Assembly (NCBI RefSeq): GCF_034111725.1 | Contig: NZ_JAWUWR010000079.1 | Coordinates: 640 to 64,639 of the forward strand | Length of the DNA stretch: 64,000 nt | From: Thalassolituus sp. | GTDB lineage: Bacteria; Pseudomonadota; Gammaproteobacteria; Pseudomonadales; Oceanobacteraceae | Reading direction: 5' to 3' | Part shown: piece by piece, positions 59,302 to 64,000 of the stretch | Position numbering within the stretch: position 1 is the first letter of the stretch | How the letters are laid out: every line of letters begins with the position of its first letter | Position numbers and translations under genes: made by a program | The notes under the pieces: generated by a model | Databases searched by the model: none | Told to the model about the DNA's origin: nothing | What the model saw: the letters and a program-made list of their open reading frames with translations, nothing else

Positions 59302-60251
59302 TGCGTTTTCGTTTTCCTTGGCAATTGGCGCGTGACGGCATTTTAGGCATTAATCGCCGCAACAGTCGTTATATTAGCCGCTACAATCCGCGTCGGTTAT
59401 TTCCCTTGGTAGATAATAAACTCAAGACGAAAATTATCGCGCAGCAAGCAGGTATTAATACACCTGCATTAATTGGAACGATAGCGCATCAGCATGATGT
59501 ACGTCGTATCGGCGAGTTGGTGGCTGATTATAATGGTTTTGCTATTAAGCCAGCGAAAGGTTCGGGCGGTAAGGGGATTTTGGTGATTACCGACAAGGAC
59601 AGCCAGCGTTTTTATAAATCCAGCGGTGCAGCCGTATCACCGGAAGATATTCAACGTCATGTGTCGAATATTCTTTCGGGCTTGTACAGTTTGGGTGGAA
59701 GCCCAGACACGGTAATTATTGAAGAACTTATTCATTTTGATCCGAGCTTTGCCCATTTCACCGTTGAAGGTGTGCCTGATATCCGCGTTATCGTGTGTCG
59801 AGGATATCCTGTGATGGCGATGATGCGATTGTCGACTCATGCCTCCGATGGCAAGGCAAACTTGCATCAAGGTGCGGTCGGTGTTGGTTTGGATATCGCG
59901 ACAGGAAAGGCATTAAACGCCGTACAAAATGGTGAGGTGATTACCCATCATCCGGATACAGGGCAGTTACTCAGTGAGTTGGTTGTGCCTAACTGGTCGG
60001 ATTTGTTGGTGATAGCAGCGAGTTGCTACGACGTCACTCAATTGGGGTATTTAGGCATAGATATCGTGCTTGATCGTTACAAGGGGCCCATGCTTTTGGA
60101 GCTGAATGCGCGTCCTGGTTTAGGTATTCAAGTGGCAAATGGGGCCGGTTTACGCCCGCGCTTAACGAAAATTGATGATTTAACGGCCGCAGAGCTAGCG
60201 CTAGGGCCTGAAGATCGCTCGGCATTAAGCCGCACATGGTTTAGCGCTTAG
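59301..60251 (+). CDS. alpha-L-glutamate ligase-like ATP-grasp protein (RimK-related)
   Basis: VDNKLKTK, KPAKGSGGKGI, GVPDIR, ANLHQGA, LELNARPGL. Confidence 0.9.
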   Translation: MRFRFPWQLARDGILGINRRNSRYISRYNPRRLFPLVDNKLKTKIIAQQAGINTPALIGTIAHQHDVRRIGELVADYNGFAIKPAKGSGGKGILVITDKDSQRFYKSSGAAVSPEDIQRHVSNILSGLYSLGGSPDTVIIEELIHFDPSFAHFTVEGVPDIRVIVCRGYPVMAMMRLSTHASDGKANLHQGAVGVGLDIATGKALNAVQNGEVITHHPDTGQLLSELVVPNWSDLLVIAASCYDVTQLGYLGIDIVLDRYKGPMLLELNARPGLGIQVANGAGLRPRLTKIDDLTAAELALGPEDRSALSRTWFSA

Positions 60252-60285
60252 CCTCACCATGTGCAGCCTGATTACATTAAGCGAT

Positions 60286-61113
60286 TTATTCTAAAAGACC
60301 ATCAAGACCCGAGTTAAGGTCCGTAGCAGATGCTAGATCTTTATAGGCACGAGTAGCATCCAAGCCAATTTTATCAGCTACTTCTAGTGGGAATCCCGAT
60401 ACGATATCCTCTTCTGAAAGGCCATTTTCATGGGCATACTTCAGATATTTCGCAATATAGATTAATCCCGCTTCTACTGAGTACTCTTTGTCTTTCCCAG
60501 GCATATTTTGCTCAGCAATTGCATTTTGAATAACCTCAGGGAATTTCCAGCGTTTCGCTAATTCTGCGCCAACCTCGGCATAAGAGAAGCCAAGCTGACC
60601 GTTTTCTACTTCATGGCGCTTGCTGCCCCCTAGAGACTCTGCGTCATCTAAGTGTTTCGCTTCTTTTGGCATCACCATGCGAATGAGCAAGCTACCAATT
60701 GAGTGCATCATGCCACAAGTAAAGGCGGTTTCTTTGTCACAGCCTTTAACGTACTGAGCTAACCATTTAGATAAAGCGGCAATCGCAAATGACTCACGCC
60801 AAAATTTGTTTTGATCGAAACCTTCCATCTTGAAGGCACCTGTCATTCCAGATGCGAGTACCATAGTGCGTAATCGATCAAATCCCAGTAGCATGACTGC
60901 ATCTTGAGGGTTGGCGATTGTTCTCGATAAACCGTAGTGCGCGGAGTTGGCGAGACGAAGAACTTTAGCGGTTAACGACTGGTCGAGGGCAACTTTACCG
61001 CTGATCGCATCGACATCGATATCTTCATCTTTGAAACTTTGCATCAGTTCCTGAACGACACGAGGAATGTGCGGTAGTTGATGAGATTCAGCAAAAATTG
61101 AGGCCATATTCAT
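60286..61113 (-). CDS. HDOD domain protein
   Basis: LPHIP, DQSLTAKVLRLANS, AFTCGMMHSIG, GAELAKRWKFP. Confidence 0.9.
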   Translation of the reverse strand: MNMASIFAESHQLPHIPRVVQELMQSFKDEDIDVDAISGKVALDQSLTAKVLRLANSAHYGLSRTIANPQDAVMLLGFDRLRTMVLASGMTGAFKMEGFDQNKFWRESFAIAALSKWLAQYVKGCDKETAFTCGMMHSIGSLLIRMVMPKEAKHLDDAESLGGSKRHEVENGQLGFSYAEVGAELAKRWKFPEVIQNAIAEQNMPGKDKEYSVEAGLIYIAKYLKYAHENGLSEEDIVSGFPLEVADKIGLDATRAYKDLASATDLNSGLDGLLE

Positions 61114-61286
61114 AGTGTTTACTTCCTTTGGTGTTCACTAAAATTAAGCATAGGACAGGATTTAAAAACTGCTTAATTAATCGCTACTAACTCGCTAAGT
61201 CTTTGATATTATTGGTGCATGTCTAAACAGGCCGAATGTGCAGTAATTCGCGCTGAGATGGTTACGAAATCTAACAAGGAGCCAAT

Positions 61287-62171
61287 ATGGCACAACCTTC
61301 AATCGGCTTTATTGGTATGGGCTTGATGGGTGTCCCCATGACGTTACGCTTACTGGGTGCAGGGTTTGAGGTCCGTGTTTGGAATCGTAGCGTCGAAAAA
61401 TGCGACAGAGTTGTGTCTGCAGGAGCAATTCTTACTGACAAACTTGACGATTTGGTTCGTCATAGTGATATTGTCATGCTTTGCGTTACCGATACTGCGG
61501 CAGTGAGTGATATTGTTTTTGGCAATGCGGGTGTCGCGAGTTCGGCGCGCGCTGGGCAGGTGCTTGTTGACTTTTCGAGTATCGAACCACAAGCGACACG
61601 AATGATGGCTGAGCGTTTATACACGACCTCTGGTTGTGTTTGGATTGATGCTCCAGTGTCGGGTGGTGTTGCTGGGGCTGAGCAGGGTACATTAGCTATC
61701 ATGGCTGGTGGGCCAGAGGAAGTACTTGCAACTATCCGACCTTTATTGGCACCGTTATCACAGCGGGTGACTCGTGTAGGTGATGTAGGCTCGGGGCAAG
61801 TAACTAAAATCTGCAATCAGATGTTGGTAAGCTGCAATGTACTAGTAATGGCTGAAGTGATGGCTCTGGCTGAAAAAGCGGGAGTCGATGCCGAGCAAAT
61901 TCCTGTCGCGCTAAAAGGCGGCTTTGCCGATTCTATCCCGTTGCAGTTGACGGGACCTCGAATGGCCAAGCGCGATTTTGATGAAGTGAAATGGCATGTC
62001 AAAACACTATTGAAAGATCTTGATATGGCCAACAATTTAGCAAAAATAATGAACAGCTCCGCACCTATGGTTGGTTTAGGTGCTGAGTTAATGCGACTTC
62101 ATGCGAGTCAGGGGAATGCCGAGCGCGATCCTTGTACTCTCGTCTCAATGTATGTGGAGAAACCTGAGTGA
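61287..62171 (+). CDS. NAD(P)-dependent beta-hydroxyacid dehydrogenase (2-hydroxy-3-oxopropionate reductase / 3-hydroxyisobutyrate DH family)
   Basis: GFIGMGLMG, DAPVSGG, GQVTKICNQ, LLKDL. Confidence 0.9.
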   Translation: MAQPSIGFIGMGLMGVPMTLRLLGAGFEVRVWNRSVEKCDRVVSAGAILTDKLDDLVRHSDIVMLCVTDTAAVSDIVFGNAGVASSARAGQVLVDFSSIEPQATRMMAERLYTTSGCVWIDAPVSGGVAGAEQGTLAIMAGGPEEVLATIRPLLAPLSQRVTRVGDVGSGQVTKICNQMLVSCNVLVMAEVMALAEKAGVDAEQIPVALKGGFADSIPLQLTGPRMAKRDFDEVKWHVKTLLKDLDMANNLAKIMNSSAPMVGLGAELMRLHASQGNAERDPCTLVSMYVEKPE

Positions 62172-62959
62172 AACTCACTGCGAATTTATCGCTACTATAC
62201 ACAGAATTACCGTTTTTAAGTCGCTTCGCAGCGGCACGTAAAGATGGTTTTGAGGCGGTTGAAATTCAATTTCCTTACGACACGCCGATTGCTGATATTC
62301 AACGCGCATTGGCAGAATCGAATCTTCGTTGCGTGCTCATTAATGTGTCTGCTGGTGATTTAATGTCTGGCGGTGAAGGCTTGGCAGCCATTCCAGGGAA
62401 AACTGCAGAATTTGCAGCCGCATTAGTCGAGTGCCAAGCGTATGCACGTGCCTTGAAAGTTAAATGTGTGAATGTATTACCAGGCCGTTGTTTTGATGCT
62501 AACAAGCGAGCTAGTTATTTAGCGACCTTTCAAAACAACTTATTAGAAACCGCCCGCCACCTAGCCCCCTTCGGGATTACCACTACGTTTGAAGCAATTA
62601 ATACTCAAGATATGCCAGGTTTTCTAATATCGACAGGCGAGCAAATGCTGCGTGTATTAGAGGAGGTTAATCATCCTTCGATTAAGATGCAGTTTGATAT
62701 TTATCACATGGCTGTAATGGGTGAGAATATTCCAACCTTCATTAAAAACTATGCTAACGACATTGGTCATATTCAGTTCGCTGACACGCCAGGGCGTCAT
62801 GAGCCAGGTACGGGTAGCTTAGATTTTAATCAGATTTTTTGTGCCATTGAAGAGTCTGAATATGATGGCTGGGTCGGTGCAGAGTACCGTCCGGGTCGCC
62901 CAAATACATCGGTAACGATGGCTTGGAAGAATAAATTGCCAGCACAGGAATGTGTTTAA
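62168..62959 (+). CDS. hyi: hydroxypyruvate isomerase family protein
   Basis: ANLSLLY, AVEIQFPY, FEAIN, QFDIYH, HIQFADTPGRHEPGTG, GAEYRP. Confidence 0.85.
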   Translation: MKLTANLSLLYTELPFLSRFAAARKDGFEAVEIQFPYDTPIADIQRALAESNLRCVLINVSAGDLMSGGEGLAAIPGKTAEFAAALVECQAYARALKVKCVNVLPGRCFDANKRASYLATFQNNLLETARHLAPFGITTTFEAINTQDMPGFLISTGEQMLRVLEEVNHPSIKMQFDIYHMAVMGENIPTFIKNYANDIGHIQFADTPGRHEPGTGSLDFNQIFCAIEESEYDGWVGAEYRPGRPNTSVTMAWKNKLPAQECV

Positions 62960-63495
62960 GAAAACATGTCTAGCTGGTCGCTATCGGGTGGCTGGTTAGT
63001 GCTGTTGCGTTGAGTTTTTGCTGGTTTTTCAGCTTTTTTGTCATCAGAGGTGGTCGACTCTTTTGGAGCGGTAACGTCTACCGATTCTGCAAATAGTGAG
63101 TTCGGAGGTGCGTCCTCTTCCTCTGATTTTATTTCTTCCTCTGCTGTTGTTTCTTCTGCTTTTTCAGCCTCTGCATTTGTTTCAGCTACTAAGGCACTGC
63201 TAACCACATCTGGCTTATCGACAGCCAGTCTCAGCTCGGCACGCGACGTAAACAAATCAAACTGCGGGATATCTAATTCTTCTTCGACATCAATTGCATT
63301 GCGAGAGGCAATAATCTTTTGGCGGCGCTTTTCGCAGTTATTAATGATGAGTTGTTGCTGGTAAGCAGTAAATTCAAGCCAGTGAAAACGCTCTGTGCGA
63401 TTGCGTAGGCAGCCTTTGCAGTAGCCACGATTATTGACTTCGCAAATGCCTTGGCAAGGACTTGGAATTGAGAATAGTTCGCCCTGATCAATCAT
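62956..63495 (-). CDS. DUF1289 (Cys-rich, putative Fe-S) protein with long acidic disordered tail
   Basis: IPSPCQGIC...GYCKGC.R.RTERF.W; C-terminal E/D/S/T-rich tail ending QLDMFS. Confidence 0.8.
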   Translation of the reverse strand: MIDQGELFSIPSPCQGICEVNNRGYCKGCLRNRTERFHWLEFTAYQQQLIINNCEKRRQKIIASRNAIDVEEELDIPQFDLFTSRAELRLAVDKPDVVSSALVAETNAEAEKAEETTAEEEIKSEEEDAPPNSLFAESVDVTAPKESTTSDDKKAEKPAKTQRNSTNQPPDSDQLDMFS

Positions 63496-63671
63496 CAGAC
63501 AAAGATCGCCAGTGGCTGTTATTCAGCGTGAGTATTTCAAACGAATGGTCGACTACAACTGTGAAGAACAGAGAATCAGACATAAGGATAACCGGGGAGG
63601 GTTTCGGCGTCCGGCGAGAAGAATCTCGCCGGTCAACACAACGTAGTCCGAAGACTACGCAGCTTCAACAA

Positions 63672-63881
63672 TTACTGTGGAGTAACGTTTTCAGCTTGTG
63701 GGCCTTTTTGACCCTGAGTAACTTCCATAGTTACTTTCTGACCTTCGTGCAAAGTCTTACGGCCTGAACCGTTGATTGCACTGTGGTGTACGAATACGTC
63801 TTTACCAGATTCTTGCTCGATGAAACCGAAACCTTTCTCATCGTTGAACCATTTAACGGTGCCTTGAACTGAATTAGCCAT
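63672..63881 (-). CDS. cold-shock protein (CspA family)
   Basis: [34 protein letters not shown]. Confidence 0.95.
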   Translation of the reverse strand: MANSVQGTVKWFNDEKGFGFIEQESGKDVFVHHSAINGSGRKTLHEGQKVTMEVTQGQKGPQAENVTPQ

Positions 63882-64000
63882 TTTTCTTTCCTAAATATAT
63901 TGCGGTGGCCGAAGCCTACCTCTTGCTTTCTCAAATGGCATTACATCGATACTGGCCCAGCCTAACTGGGAATACTTGAATAATGCCGTTGTTCGACCAG

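Noticed and set aside
1-64000. CRISPR array, rRNA, tRNA, integrase, IS transposase or prophage genes
   Set aside because: No regularly spaced repeats, tRNA-like cloverleaf or recombinase/transposase ORF recognised by eye; a tRNAscan/Infernal run would be definitive

Overview
Chromosomal segment of a marine-type gammaproteobacterium (gene order and protein style suggest Oceanospirillales, Thalassolituus-like; this is inference). Mostly core genes: tsaB(partial)-uppP-rsmJ, plsB, slyX, suhB/trmJ-cysE-iscR-iscS, ndk-rlmN-pilW-ispG-hisS-yfgM-bamB-der, a fatty-acid degradation pair with a GlxA regulator, earP-efp, a complete urease operon (ureDABCEFGJ), metG, corB/yfjD-ypjD-ffh, thrC, two bacterioferritin genes, a protease/inactive transglutaminase-7TM/ATP-grasp ligase operon, an oxidoreductase-hyi pair and a cold-shock gene. 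One accessory block (~40.05-51.4 kb) is a type I restriction-modification operon with an extra half-HsdS. It is interleaved with cargo: a 52-aa collapsed DinD-like ORF carrying a perfect 30-bp palindrome, a Fic gene whose tail copies the HsdM tail, a KAP NTPase, an internally deleted RhuM and a YgjP/M48 metallohydrolase. Other notable points: SuhB has lost most metal ligands; an unannotated 31-aa ORF with a strong RBS lies behind suhB; the isc operon stops after a C-terminally shortened IscS; ndk has a premature stop; the two Bfr subunits are complementary (haem-only vs ferroxidase-only). I found no rRNA, tRNA, CRISPR array, integrase or transposase.
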